The translations under genes and the position numbers were made by a program. A DNA stretch of 63,640 bases, filler included, from Olpidium bornovanus S191 (taxonomy: Eukaryota > Fungi > Olpidiomycota), in NCBI GenBank assembly GCA_017911155.1. It is 29 parts of 29 records of this genome, joined end to end, with 100 filler letters (N's around TTAATTAATTAA, not from the genome) between each part and the next. Parts side by side here need not be neighbours in the genome. Positions count along the whole stretch, not along the records: positions 47,137 to 48,159 come from JAEFCI010000200.1; positions 48,260 to 52,113 come from JAEFCI010002859.1; positions 52,214 to 53,329 come from JAEFCI010003986.1; positions 53,430 to 56,315 come from JAEFCI010000639.1; positions 56,416 to 57,644 come from JAEFCI010006560.1; positions 57,745 to 59,108 come from JAEFCI010006387.1; positions 59,209 to 60,794 come from JAEFCI010004658.1; 22 more parts are not named here. One strand, written 5' to 3'. The notes beneath the pieces were generated by a model that saw only the letters and a program-made list of their open reading frames with translations, searched no databases and was not told where the DNA came from. Within the stretch, counting starts at the first letter, position 1, and every line of letters begins with the position of its first letter. Positions 47,948 to 59,665 of this stretch are shown piece by piece.

Positions 47948-50049
47948 AAACTTTGCGGTGAAATGGGCGAGGGGAGCACGTGCGTGCCCCGCAACCTGCT
48001 CCAGCTGTAGAAGCCGCAACCCTACGGCTATAATTGAGGTCATGTCCAGGGACAATGTATCATACTCATCAAAACGTAGACATTTGACAAGAAGCGCTCT
48101 TTCTCTTTTAAACCGAAATTTGATGCGGATAGTTCGTCGCAATCGTGAGTAGTAGGGGANNNNNNNNNNNNNNNNNNNNNNNNNNNNNNNNNNNNNNNNN
48201 NNNTTAATTAATTAANNNNNNNNNNNNNNNNNNNNNNNNNNNNNNNNNNNNNNNNNNNNCATGATACCCGAAGGAAAATCCCGGTCGCCCCAAGAAGTAC
48301 TCTTAAGCGAGACGGACGGACAACGGGCAACTTCAAGACCATTCCCCACCCACATTTTGTTTTCCCGGCAGTTTTTTTTTTTTTTTTTTGGTCTGCGCCG
48401 CTTCTCGGTGGTCGTTTTTTTGTGGTTTTCTTGTTGTTTTTTTTTTGTTACCCTGTTGTTTTGATCCATTCGGATATAGCACGCATACCTCCGCACACGC
48501 ACGGCGCGCGGTTTTGATGTTCGTTTTAGTTGATATCTGTTCTGCGCCACAAACGCGTCCTTGTTTCAAGGAGGGAAGTTGGTGGTCGGGTGGCACGGAA
48601 AATCAAAAAATGTTTGGAAAAAAAATAATTGTACACTGCGACGCAAAAAAAAAAAAAAAAAAAAAAGGAAGAAAAAAAGAAAAAAAGTTTGAGCTACTCG
48701 ACGCCCGCAGGCGTGGACGCAGGCACGTGCATTCACGTGACGCGGCCCGATTTGATCCAAGAGAAATAGAAGAAAAAGAAAAGATAAAAAGGAAAAAGAA
48801 AAAGAAAAAGAAAAGGAAAAAGAAATAAAAGAGAAAATAAAGGGAAAATCGGGAGTGGATTTGGCTTCGCCAGCAGCAGCGTTTTTTGCCCAGGAGGTAA
48901 CAAATGCGATCGACGCGCGTCGTGGCGGTTTGCGCCCCAATTCCGGCTGGGAGGTGTTTCTCCCGGCCCGAGTCTCGCTTGGCAATTCCGTGGCCAAGCA
49001 ATTTGTGCCTGCTGCGACCAAAACACTGCGACCAAAACCGGCAACACACAGCATAACTGGTTCGGGTATTATCCGGCGAAGCGTGGCAATTCGTGGTGAG
49101 TAGTCAGATTTGATTTGACGACGGTCGTGCCTTCGGACGTTATCCTGACAGGCGCCGTGCGGAGCTGCATTGTTTGAGTGTTTTCCCGCACGGGTCCCAC
49201 AGCGCGTGTGCGGCCAATGGCTGTCCCACGGTGTGGCCAACGCACGCACAACGCGGATGCGAAACAGCCGGCGCACGACAACACGCATAGCGAGAGCAAA
49301 CCCGCGCAAAACACGCGCGGAACAGCTCGACAAGAACATCAGTTACTGATGCCGACACACGTAGGCTGAGCGGGCTCGTCCGTGTCATTCATAAAGGGGC
49401 TTTCGGATCTCGTAAACGTCGTAAACCAAAAAAAAGATCACGGAGTCCACGGACCCCGCAGACTTTTTGCACCCTTGCACCTCACCACGAAGATGCCCTC
49501 GAAGCGGCTTCTGGCGGCCCGGTCGTTCCGTTTGAAAATCGAGACTGTACGAGAGACAAGAGAACATTCCCCCGCTGGTTTCGCTGCCAAGTTCCGGAGC
49601 CGTAGTTTTGTACGGCGTCCGCCTATCCGCGCATTTCTCGACTTCGAGGGCACCACGCCGTTCAGTCTCTCTACCACTTGTCCTCGCCAGAACAAACACG
49701 TCTTTTTGACCCCGTTCCTCGATAGCGCTTTTACGTGTAAATTTTTTTTCAACGGAAAAAGACCGTGTTGCAGCGCGCCCGCACACTCCCTTCCGCCTGT
49801 GGACCAGAGGGGGAATCGTCGAACGAACTCCTCCGCCAGGCCGTATCGCCCCACGTACGAGGCCGTTACCAGACAGTGGCGCCGTCTTCCGAAACATCGC
49901 GCCGAAGAGCAATTCCGCGTTCGTGACCGTCCGGCTTCGCGAGGTTGAAGCGCTTCTCGAGATTGCGCGCGAAAGTGCGCAGGGACGTGGGGGTGGGGGG
50001 GCCCAATCCTGCCGGTTGAAAATTCTTCACGGAGAATCGCGCAAAATTT

Positions 50050-50560
50050 TTTTTTTACGATCCGTGCGTCCTTCTCGGCGTGGCTTTTCTGCGGTGGATC
50101 TTCTGTGCCCGCTTCCCTCGGCGCAACCCGGGTAGCGAGAATCTTGTCTACTTTCGTACTCATCGTTCGTGATGAAGGCCGGGTCTACCGATTTGTCGTC
50201 CTGCCTCCAGCTCCTGATACTTTTGCAGTAACGAAATATGAAAAACGGGGTCAATGCGTATTCCTGCCGGTAGCCTAAAATTTAGCTTGTTGCTGTCGGG
50301 TTCAACGCGACTGATCGTATACGGGACAACGTATGGATACCAATACCTTAAGGCGAGGTGGGGATTATTGGCATTTGCATCTCGGCAAGGGGATACTTGA
50401 TAAACCTTCCTCAAATATCACCACACCGTCGCCATTGATTGATTGTTCGCCGACAGTGTCTGGGCGTGTTGTTGCTGACCGTAGACACATCACAAATTAC
50501 ATCCTCCGCCGTTGGAAATTCCCCATCGCCTGGCGCTCCGGCCACCAATCCTGCATAGCT
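50050..50560 (-). mobile_element. Ty3/gypsy chromovirus integrase C-terminus (SH3 plus truncated chromodomain)
   Basis: HLALRYWYPYVVPYTISRVEP...FRLPAGIRIDPVFHISLLQKY (compare KL.PR..GPY....LP....IHPVFHVSLLK.Y), then DEYE/VDKILATR. Confidence 0.75.
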
Positions 50561-50996
50561 AACACTGCTCGACTAAAGCAGAGCTCATAGCCACAACTGA
50601 ATGCTGCCATGATGTTGCTTGGCAACTGCCAGATCGCTGCCAGCATACACCTCGTCACCCGTTAAACACTTTTTGACAACCGTGAAACTTCGGAGTAGGA
50701 TGGGACCGCTGCCAACATGGCTCTCACCGTGCGGCTGAAGGAATTTTTTATTTTTTAAAGCGGGAAATCATCCGCGGAGACTCCGGCAGGGGGGCCGACG
50801 CGGCCTGTGCGTCCGAGCCCCCGCGGGCGGAGTCGCCCGGTCTTCCCCCGAAATAAAGAAACCGAGCGACCTCCGCCGACACCCGGCCCTTCGGTTTTGC
50901 CCCGAGAAGAGGAGATCAGATCGCGCCGGCCGATCTCGCCCCGCGAGCCACGACCCGCAGAAAGCCGCGGAGCGCGACGACAGGCACAAAAACGCG

Positions 50997-51996
50997 ATGT
51001 CGTCTTCCGGCGGAGCGGCCCTCGAGGGCCTCGTCCTCGGCGTCTACGCTCCGGCCTCCCACGCCGGGAAGCCCACGCTGAGCGCCGCGCAGAAGAAGGA
51101 TTTCGCCGCGGTGGTCAACTGCCCCGGCGTGAACTCGCAGCTGCTGGACGCCCTGTCGGAGAGCGTCGGTCGCGGCCGCTGGGGTGTGGCGGGGAAGCCC
51201 GGCCAGGTCCGCGTCGTGCACGATCTCGGCGAAGGGCCCGCGGGCCTGGTTGCGTTCGTTGGCCTCGGCAAGCAATGCCGTGGCCCTGAGCTCACCTGCG
51301 AGGCAAAGGAACGCGTTAGAAAGGCGGTACGTCTGGCGTCCCTCCGGTTTGTGCGCTGGGTTTACCACGACGCTTGTCTAACCGGCCTGCGCTGGAACGG
51401 TGGACAGGTCTCCGCCGCTGCGCGCACGCTCCAGGACTTAGAAGTCACCAAGATCTACGTGGACGACATGAACTTCCCTCACGGTACGTACACCTCGAGA
51501 GCGCATCACGCTTAAATTTAACCGTGACCTCGGCAAACTCTGACCTTTTTGTGCAGGTGCAGCGGAAGGGGCCTATTTGGGTTTATGGACATACAAGAAA
51601 CACGGGATTGCCGGTAAATCTCTGAGAGACTTCACGGTGGTCCCGCTGTGCAAGTCTGCGGAATTCGCCGTTGGAACCCAATATGCAGCGTCCCAGAACC
51701 TCGCGCGCTTCCTGACCGAGCTTCCGGCGAACCTTGCAACGCCGACCATTTTGGCTGAGAGGGTTCGCCAAGAGTTTGCAGGCCGGAAGAACGTGACCGT
51801 GCACGTGCGCGACGAAGCCTGGATGCGAGAGAAGAAAATGGGTGCGCTGCTGAGCGTCGCGAGCGGCAGCGCGGAACCACCGCGGTTCGTGGAAATTGTT
51901 TACAACGGCAAGGGCAAGGGAGACAAACCGGTGGCGCTGGTGGGAAAGGGAGTCACCTTCGACAGCGGTGGCATAAGCATCAAGCCGTCCGACATG
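50997..51996 (+). CDS. LAP3: M17 cytosol leucyl aminopeptidase, 5' part, multi-exon
   Basis: GLVLGVY...VAFVGLGK; QNLARFLTELPANLATPT; MGALLSVASGSAEPPRFVEIVYNG...PVALVGKGVTFDSGGISIKPS (M17 signature). Confidence 0.94.
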
Positions 51997-52570
51997 CAGT
52001 GTGCCTCTAAAGGCGCAGGAACCGGAGAGGCTGATATAGCTCGCATCAATTACGAAGGACGATCGAGCAGCTGCTTCCCCTGTTTCTGCATCATCTAAAA
52101 GATGAATTCCCGGNNNNNNNNNNNNNNNNNNNNNNNNNNNNNNNNNNNNNNNNNNNNTTAATTAATTAANNNNNNNNNNNNNNNNNNNNNNNNNNNNNNN
52201 NNNNNNNNNNNNNCATCCTTTCTTTCCCTCTCGGTTCGTTTGCTGCTCCTTGATGCCGGGGAGACCCTCTCCGTTCTTCACGTTTCATTTTGTCTCGCGC
52301 GTCCCCTAGTCTCTCCTCTCCCAAAGGCCCATGCATTCGTGAATTTAATTGTGGTCCACTTCCGGCGAAATGTGACGTGCGAAATCTGGCTCATATGGTC
52401 GGTCTATCACGCGCGCGTTTCTACTTCGTCCCGAACGTTGGGTTGGAATAGTCGCGGCATCTATGCCCACCACGCCTGTCCAGCCGGCGATTTCCTACGC
52501 TGTTCCAAGCGCAGAGGCCGAGAGGTCGGTGTGTTCGCCACACCCGCCCCGCTCAACTGTGGGCGAGCCG

Positions 52571-52688
52571 TCCTCCCGCCATGAGGCACTTTCTCCCCTT
52601 GGAACCGTTCTGCAGGCTTTCACTGAACGTCCTCCCGCCATGGGGCGCTCTCTCCCCTTGGAACCGTTCTGCAGGATTTCACTAAACG
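52571..52688. repeat. 59-bp tandem duplication
   Basis: tcctcccgccatg.ggc.ct.tctccccttggaaccgttctgcagg.tttcact.aacg at 52571 and 52630. Confidence 0.9.
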
Positions 52689-53503
52689 ACCGAACGAACG
52701 TCGCTCTTCCCATCAGCGGCGCCCGTTCGTTCGGATTTCCAAAACCTGGAGAAAATTTGTGCTGTAGCGAGACGGCGCAGGGCAATGCGGTTGAGGGTCG
52801 TGCGCGGCCAGAAAGCGCTAGAATTTCGTGTGAGCCTCTGTCGGCGTATACTACAGAATTCCTCTTGTCTTCCGAGACCAAACCGTGTGCGAGCAATTCA
52901 ATCTTGAATCCGACAACGGACGGACCCAGGCAACAACCTACCTGTTGACTTTTGGAGCCGGGAAGGAAGGAGGACGGGAAGTAGACGAAGTGCGCGGAAC
53001 GCAAGTACGCAGCGACCCAGAAGAGAAAAGAAAGCTGTGTTTGCCAATCGTAACGGGACTATCTACTTCAGACCTTTTTATAGTACGAATCTACTAGGGA
53101 ATCTATACAGGGGCACACCAGGGGGTTGGATCGTGCCGTGCATCCGCGGCTCAGCTTCTCATTACCCGCTTTATTTTCTACACACTCCTCACTAGGCGCA
53201 CCATAACGCCAATGCCCGCCCCGGATCTACATCAACACCTTTATTTTATCTTCCGCCCTGGGGATCCCGGCGGTTTGTCATTCGGACTGATCTCCGCCTC
53301 AACAAGCGCCTTCTTATTGGCGCGCATGCNNNNNNNNNNNNNNNNNNNNNNNNNNNNNNNNNNNNNNNNNNNNTTAATTAATTAANNNNNNNNNNNNNNN
53401 NNNNNNNNNNNNNNNNNNNNNNNNNNNNNCATGAACAGCCGCAATAGGCTTTGAGAGACGCAGTGACCGGGAATTCGTGAATCCGCAAAAACCCGAGTGT
53501 CAC

Positions 53504-54697
53504 CTTTTTCTTCAGCTTCATAAGTTTGAAACGGTCAAAGTCGTTAAGAGAAGCGCGAATTTTCCTCTTCTCAATCTTCTGAGCCCACGCAGTCTTGTTA
53601 AATTTGGCGACAACGTCCTCCTTGATGATAAGTTTTTTCAGGTGGCCGTCACGGACACCGCGCGGGGTGCGGGGGACCACGAAGTCGGTCAAAGTCAGGC
53701 GCTTGTATGCAAACTGTTGCCGCGGCACACCCGTGGTCGGGCCGGAGATGAGAGCCTGCGGGTGGCCGAAAACGCGCGTTTGGAGAACGAGAAAATCGCC
53801 GTACTGGGATCAGCCCCCAACGCATTGACGGAGCCGTTCCGGCTAAACAACGTCTTTCCCGGCATTCAAAAGTCAGAAAACACCTACTCGGTTGTGGTCA
53901 ATGATCTCGACTATAACAGCAAGCTTCCCGGCGTACAGCCCGTGGTTCAATAAAACAACACGGCCGACCTCAACAGTACGTTTGAAAAGTCCCTGAGGTA
54001 CGCGGCACGGCAGGAGTACAGCGGGGGAATGTCAAACAATTTAACAGGGACGTATTAGGCAGACCACAACGCAGTTCAGGGGTTGTGCGCAAGGCCGAGG
54101 GATGGTCGCTGTCCGCGTCGTGTCCGGACGCTTCCAAAAACACAGCAGCCACGCAATGTCGTTCCCAAAACATAACTTCGGCTGCATCCAAAAGCTACCG
54201 TCGTCCTCGTGCGGGTCAGCGCCGCGATTGGTGCAGCAAAACGGCGAACGTCGTTCCAAAAACAAAAGTCTGCTGCATCCAACGGCTGCCGTCTTCCTCG
54301 TGCAAATCAGCGCAGCGGTCCGTGCAGCGAAACCGCAAATTCCGCCGTCGGCCACAATTTCCCACCGCTCTCCTTCGGTGACCGCGGCCGAACGTCCAAC
54401 CGAGGTGCCCGGTTGCAGGAAAACTGTTGCAAATTGACTGCTGACGGGAGCGCTCCTTGTTTGTTGCCCGTGAAGTCGACTGACTGCGGCAGCCGTAAGA
54501 AAAGCCATTTCGCGCCCCTGCCACGGACTTCGGAAGGGCTCCTCCCTCGCGGCGCACGTCAAAAAAACCCCGAGCCCCACGGAAGCTGGGTCCCCAGTTT
54601 GCTGCGGGCTCGCTGACGAAGATGAACGGCGCGACGTGCACCTCCGGACGGGGCAGCGGATGGGATGGAAAGCCGGCAGGGCACTCACGGCGGCCAT
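53504..54697 (-). CDS. RPL14: 60S ribosomal protein L14 (eL14), multi-exon, 3' truncated
   Basis: MAA|[35 protein letters not shown]|[14 protein letters not shown]...[29 protein letters not shown]. Canonical GTGAGT donor after ATG GCC GCC. Confidence 0.96.
54159..54342 (-). repeat. Two diverged 92-bp tandem units in RPL14 intron 1, each able to fold as a hairpin
   Basis: Units start at 54159 and 54251. On the transcribed strand each reads GCTGCA...CTGA..GCACGAGGA.GACGG...TGCAGC. Confidence 0.75.
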
Positions 54698-56254
54698 GTT
54701 CTTTTTTCCTGTTGCGCCTGGGTTGTTGGGCGACCGTGGGGGACGGTGAGTGACGGTGGGTGACGGTGGGTGACGGTCGGCGGGGGGCCAGCGGGTGGCA
54801 ACGATTTGCACTTGCCCTTTACTCTGTAGATTCAATGCCACAGCGAAAATTCGCGCGACTTCCCTTTGCGCGGCTCGATTATTCCCGCACCGTGGCCAGG
54901 GTTTGCCACGCCTGCCTCCTGCCGCACTGCTGCCCGTACAAAACCCGTCTGGTGCATTTTCTACATTGGATGTGCAATGCTCCCCCGGGTGGCGTGCCCA
55001 GTTATCTCACGTTTCTTTCTTTGGCCCAAAGTTGAAGTACATTTACGCCGGCGTCATCGGACGAGATGCCATATTGGCGGTCACCGTCAGCGGGTCAGGC
55101 ACGCGTCGCCTGAGAAGCAAATGGCGCGCTGCTTCGGCGGAGGTGGGCGCGACCCAGAAGCAACATCACCGTGGCCGATGCCGCGCTTCCCGCCACGGCG
55201 GCTCTGACCGCGGGGTGTGAGATCACAGTGTGCGTAGGCCGGTGCAGCCGGAGAGTTCGCGCGGGTTAAGCGGCTCGTCAGAAGCGCGCTGTGGCTCTCG
55301 AGAACCCTTTTCTTTTCGCGGTCTGGCCGCGGGCGTCGCTCGCGCCCGCGGCTCTCAGGGCGGAGCGGGCCACATCCGCTCTGCTTTTCCTGGCCCAGCT
55401 GCGTCTCGACTTTTCCTGTCGTGTTCCCACGAGTTGCCATTTACAGCACCCGGCGGCCTTCTCGCATTTGGGGTTGGAATTCAACGAATGCCACTCGCAG
55501 TCCGATTGTCTATCCTCAAAGGACAATTTGGAATTTGGAGCCAGTTCTAACCTTGACGGGTCCCGCGCGCCCGAACGACGCAATCCAAAAACCACAATAG
55601 AAAAGACGACTGCCCAGAGCCCAGAATTTTTTTCCAGCTCATCCTCATACCAGTCGTTGTGATTAGTTGCATCCAAACCCGGGATGATTGAACGGCGCAT
55701 TCTCGTCCTAGTCATCAGGCTTGTGTGCATCTGAGAACGACGCGTAAACGAAAATACCGATGAAAGGGGGTGTAGGAGGGGAGGGAGGGTATCCGAGACC
55801 TTTCCCGCGTTCGCCGTCTGGGTTAACAGGCGGGCGTCGCCAGTGATACGCGCGCAAATCTCTTAAAACTCCGATCGCGCACCGGGCAAACACAAAAAAT
55901 GCGGCACCAAAGAAGAAAAAATATCCCCACCAGGCGACGACGGCGTGTTCTAATTTCCTTGTTCTGCCGGGAAAAGAAAGGGGTGGGCGGGCGGAGTCCG
56001 ACTCGCTGCGGAGAGAGAGAGCAAAAGAGAGAACCCCGCTGTCACAAAACCGTCCGGAAGACCAACGCCCGAACGAACGACCCGAGAAGGCCCGAGGCGT
56101 ACCCGTCGAGTATTTTTTATACTAATTTTTTTTTGAGTTCTCAACCGGCACCTCTCGCGTGAGAGCGTAAATACCAACATTTACTGCTGTTGTCCGTTCC
56201 AACGAATTGGAAAATGTTTTGCGAGATTTTTTAGAGGCTGCTTTTTCATAAAAA

Positions 56255-56289
<35 letters not shown>

Positions 56290-57236
56290 AAAAAGGGGGG
56301 GGGGGGGGGGGGGGGNNNNNNNNNNNNNNNNNNNNNNNNNNNNNNNNNNNNNNNNNNNNTTAATTAATTAANNNNNNNNNNNNNNNNNNNNNNNNNNNNN
56401 NNNNNNNNNNNNNNNACCACGAACCGCAGGTTTAGGAGTAAAGAAAAAAGAACGCGGCGCGCAATATCGGCATTTGTAAGTACTTGGCCAATAAATATGG
56501 AATGCATAGCCAAACGAAGCGTCAAGGCATGGAAACCCAGAAGGAAGAAGGGGTTTAAGCCCGCTCATCTTTTCTTTTTCTTATTTTCGTTTTTTTTTCC
56601 GCACTTAGTAAAATCGGCAGAAGGTTTGATTTATTTACTTTAAAGATTACGTCGGAGGTAGAGTAGTGGTTAAGCTGCGGAATTCTCATGGTCATGTCCA
56701 GAGTTTAAATTTCTTTTGCCTCAAAATTTGGCAAAACGAAGATTCGCCCAAAGCCGCGGTGAAAACGCCACAAAGTTTGGAGCTCGCAATCTTAAAAACG
56801 GAATTTTAGACTTGGAGCTCCAAAAATTGTGTCGTTTTCACGTAACCTCTCACGTGACGTCAAAGAATGGAAGCAGCGGTGGAGGCGAAAATAGCCTGTT
56901 CTGCCAGCTCCTTTTGGTCCTAAGCACTTCTTATATTGATGCATCATTACTTAACGTGCTGTGGTAAGGATTCGCGCGCCCGATTGCGAGGAGAGAGAGG
57001 GGAACTGGGGAGAGAGAGGAGAAGAGGAAAGAGAGAGGAAAAGGGAGACGCGGGCGCAGGAGAATAAGTAAGAGAGAAAAAGAGAGAAAAAGAAAATATG
57101 GTGCATAGCGACGGTGTGTGGCGGGTGACCGGCCGCTGCCATCGTTCCTTCCTTCGTTGCAGCAAAAGATGGTAGCGGAAGGGGGTGTTCAGTTAGGGGT
57201 TTGAGGCGGGGAACGGCCGCTACCTTCCTTCCTTTC

Positions 57237-57630
57237 TTCCTTCTTCCTCCGCCGAGTATATAGCGCGCGCTCGCCAATTTTGCTGTGGCTGATGAGGCAA
57301 CTTCCTTCCTCTTCCTTTTTCCTCTCTCTACCTGTCTCTCTCTTACTTCCTTGGTTTCCCCTTGTTGCTTCCGGCTTCCGCTGCCGCCCGCGTTACTCGG
57401 GCCGCTGGCTGTTTTGAAGTTTGTGCGTCCTTTCTTCCCGGCACGTCTCGCTATCCGCCTGTCTCCGTGACCGGCTGCTGCCATCCTTCCTTCCTACGTG
57501 ACCGGCTGCTGCCATCCTTCTTTCCTACCTTCCTTCTTCCGCCGAAAACTTAGCGCGCGCCCGCATTGTTTGCTGCGGCTGATGACGTACCTTCCTTTCT
57601 CTTCTTCTCTTCCTCCCTACCTCTCTCTCT
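57237..57630. repeat. Diverged ~110-bp direct duplication plus a 31-bp tandem repeat
   Basis: ccttcttcc..cgccga...tagcgcgcgc...tttgctg.ggctgatga at about 57237 and 57527; gtgaccggctgctgccatccttc twice near 57467 and 57498. Confidence 0.75.
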
Positions 57631-57829
57631 CTGTTCTTCCATGANNNNNNNNNNNNNNNNNNNNNNNNNNNNNNNNNNNNNNNNNNNNTTAATTAATTAA
57701 NNNNNNNNNNNNNNNNNNNNNNNNNNNNNNNNNNNNNNNNNNNNAGAGAGAGAGAGAGAGCAAGCAGATACATTGTTCGTTTTGGAATTGCGACAGTTGC
57801 CTGGCGGAGCGGACGACAGTCCTGCATCG

Positions 57830-58190
57830 CCCACAGTTCCGTTGAAGCAGGAAATCATGGCAGCTTCGGACGTATGCAGAGAGCTTGCATGGTTCAAACA
57901 GCTCTCAAACACACTCCTCAATGACCACAATGCGATCCCGCTACATATCGACAACCGCAGCTCAGCAATGATAGTCCGAGACAACATGCAACTTTTCAAA
58001 AGGTCAAAACACGGGGAGCTCCGGGAACACTACGTTCGCGAGTGCCACGACGCGGGCCAGGTCGGCATTATCGATGTCGCATCAAAAAATTTTAGCAGAC
58101 GGATTCACAAAAGGCCTACGCGCACCGAACTTTATTCAGTTCAGAAAGAGTAGCAACGTCGTCTACGTCCACGTTCATGTCGATGCAACG
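57830..58190 (+). mobile_element. Ty1/copia RNase H C-terminal fragment
   Basis: EIMAASDVCRELAWFKQL...IPLHIDNRSS...KRSKHGELREHYVREC...IIDVASK/ILADGFTKGL. Confidence 0.85.
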
Positions 58191-59665
58191 ACAATTAAGT
58201 TTTGCTTAAACGTTCCGAACGCGATCAAGACCCCCGAGAGCACCAACAACCAAGCAACGTTTATTTTTTCTTCCTGCTCTCTGGTGACGGCCGCGGCGGG
58301 TGGGGGGGGAGGCCCCTGCAGGGGCGTCGGCCGCCGGAGGCCCGTGGAAGGCGTGAACCCGAGTGCGCGCGAAGTTCCGAAGCCCAGGAAAACTGCGTCG
58401 TCGCGGAAGCACGGTCGGGGACGAGCGGGGAAAGAGAGCGTTGCATTTAGAAACGTGTAGCACGGCCGTCTGCTCTGCTCGCGGACGAGATTTCCTGCTT
58501 CACAGGGAAACCCAAACGCGCGGCGGCCCGAAGTCGCCTGGCACGCCCTCTCGGCGCCTTCCGTCACCCAGGGTCGGCGCCGTCGTCCGCTTTGGACCGG
58601 CATAGTTTTTGAGGCGAACCAGTTGGGAAAGACGGGCGGGGCGGCGATCTGCGTGCAAAAGGTCACGCCCGCCCTTCGACCGCGAATGCGACCACGGTTT
58701 TGCCCTGTCTTGTCCTCTTCCCCGGGCTGGCTGCCTGGGGCCCTCTCTTCTCCCCGGGGCAACAATTTTTACCGACGGGGGGGGGTGTTCGCGATTCCCG
58801 TCTGCGAAATGATATCACGTGACGCCGGCGCCGAGCGACGTCTCCGAAAGGACGACAAGCAGGTCGCTGACCCGAACGGAAGAAAAAAAAACAAACCAAA
58901 CCAAAAACCAACAAGAAGACAGCTGGTATGGAAAGGAGAGGGAGCCGTCAGTGGCGGGCGAGGGGCTCGGCGGGGCGTAACGAGCCCTGACAGCTCCGCC
59001 GAGAACGAGAGAACGGGAGAAGGGGCAGCGGCCACCGACCTGCAAGGGGGGCGAGGGCAACGCATGAACGAAAGCGGTCTGTTCACGCCCCAGTTCATTG
59101 CGCAACTGNNNNNNNNNNNNNNNNNNNNNNNNNNNNNNNNNNNNNNNNNNNNTTAATTAATTAANNNNNNNNNNNNNNNNNNNNNNNNNNNNNNNNNNNN
59201 NNNNNNNNCATGGAACTCAACAAAAAAAAAGCAATTCCGAGACTCGTACCGCAAAAAAACAAGCGACAAATCCAAGACGAAAACGGTCATTGATTTTACA
59301 GGAATGGAAAGGGGAGAGGAGGGAAGGGCGTGGTGTAGAGAGTGGTGTGGGAAACAGAAGACGGGGCGGTGGGGGAGGCCCGAAATGAGCAGTCACAAGG
59401 TCGTGGCGATAAGAGAACGGAAACTTACGAAGCGGCAGGCGAAGCGAACGAAAGGAGAGAGAAAAAAGAAAAAAAAAATTGAGCGGAGAACAAAATACAG
59501 TACATCTAAAGAGATAGCGGGTGGTGGTGGTGGGGAGGGAGAAGGAAAAGGGACAACCGTCGGCGAGCCAGTTTAGTCGCGCACGGAGATATGATATCGC
59601 ACAACAAACGAGAGAGGGGAGGGATGGGAAGGTCGCCGAAAAGCGTTCGGGCAGGGGGCCGCCGC

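Noticed and set aside
53085-53130. GAATCTA...AGG duplication and CAGGGG start resembling a DNA transposon terminus
   Set aside because: No matching inverted repeat, target-site duplication or transposase in the contig.
56880-56960. AATGATG on the minus strand as a C/D snoRNA box C
   Set aside because: Imperfect box, no well-placed box D and no recognisable rRNA-complementary guide.
57280-57600. Duplicated CTGATGA motif as a hammerhead ribozyme core (also at 32484, 46741, 61214)
   Set aside because: No stem II followed by GAAA and no stems I/III can be built; two of the other sites are in protein-coding sequence.
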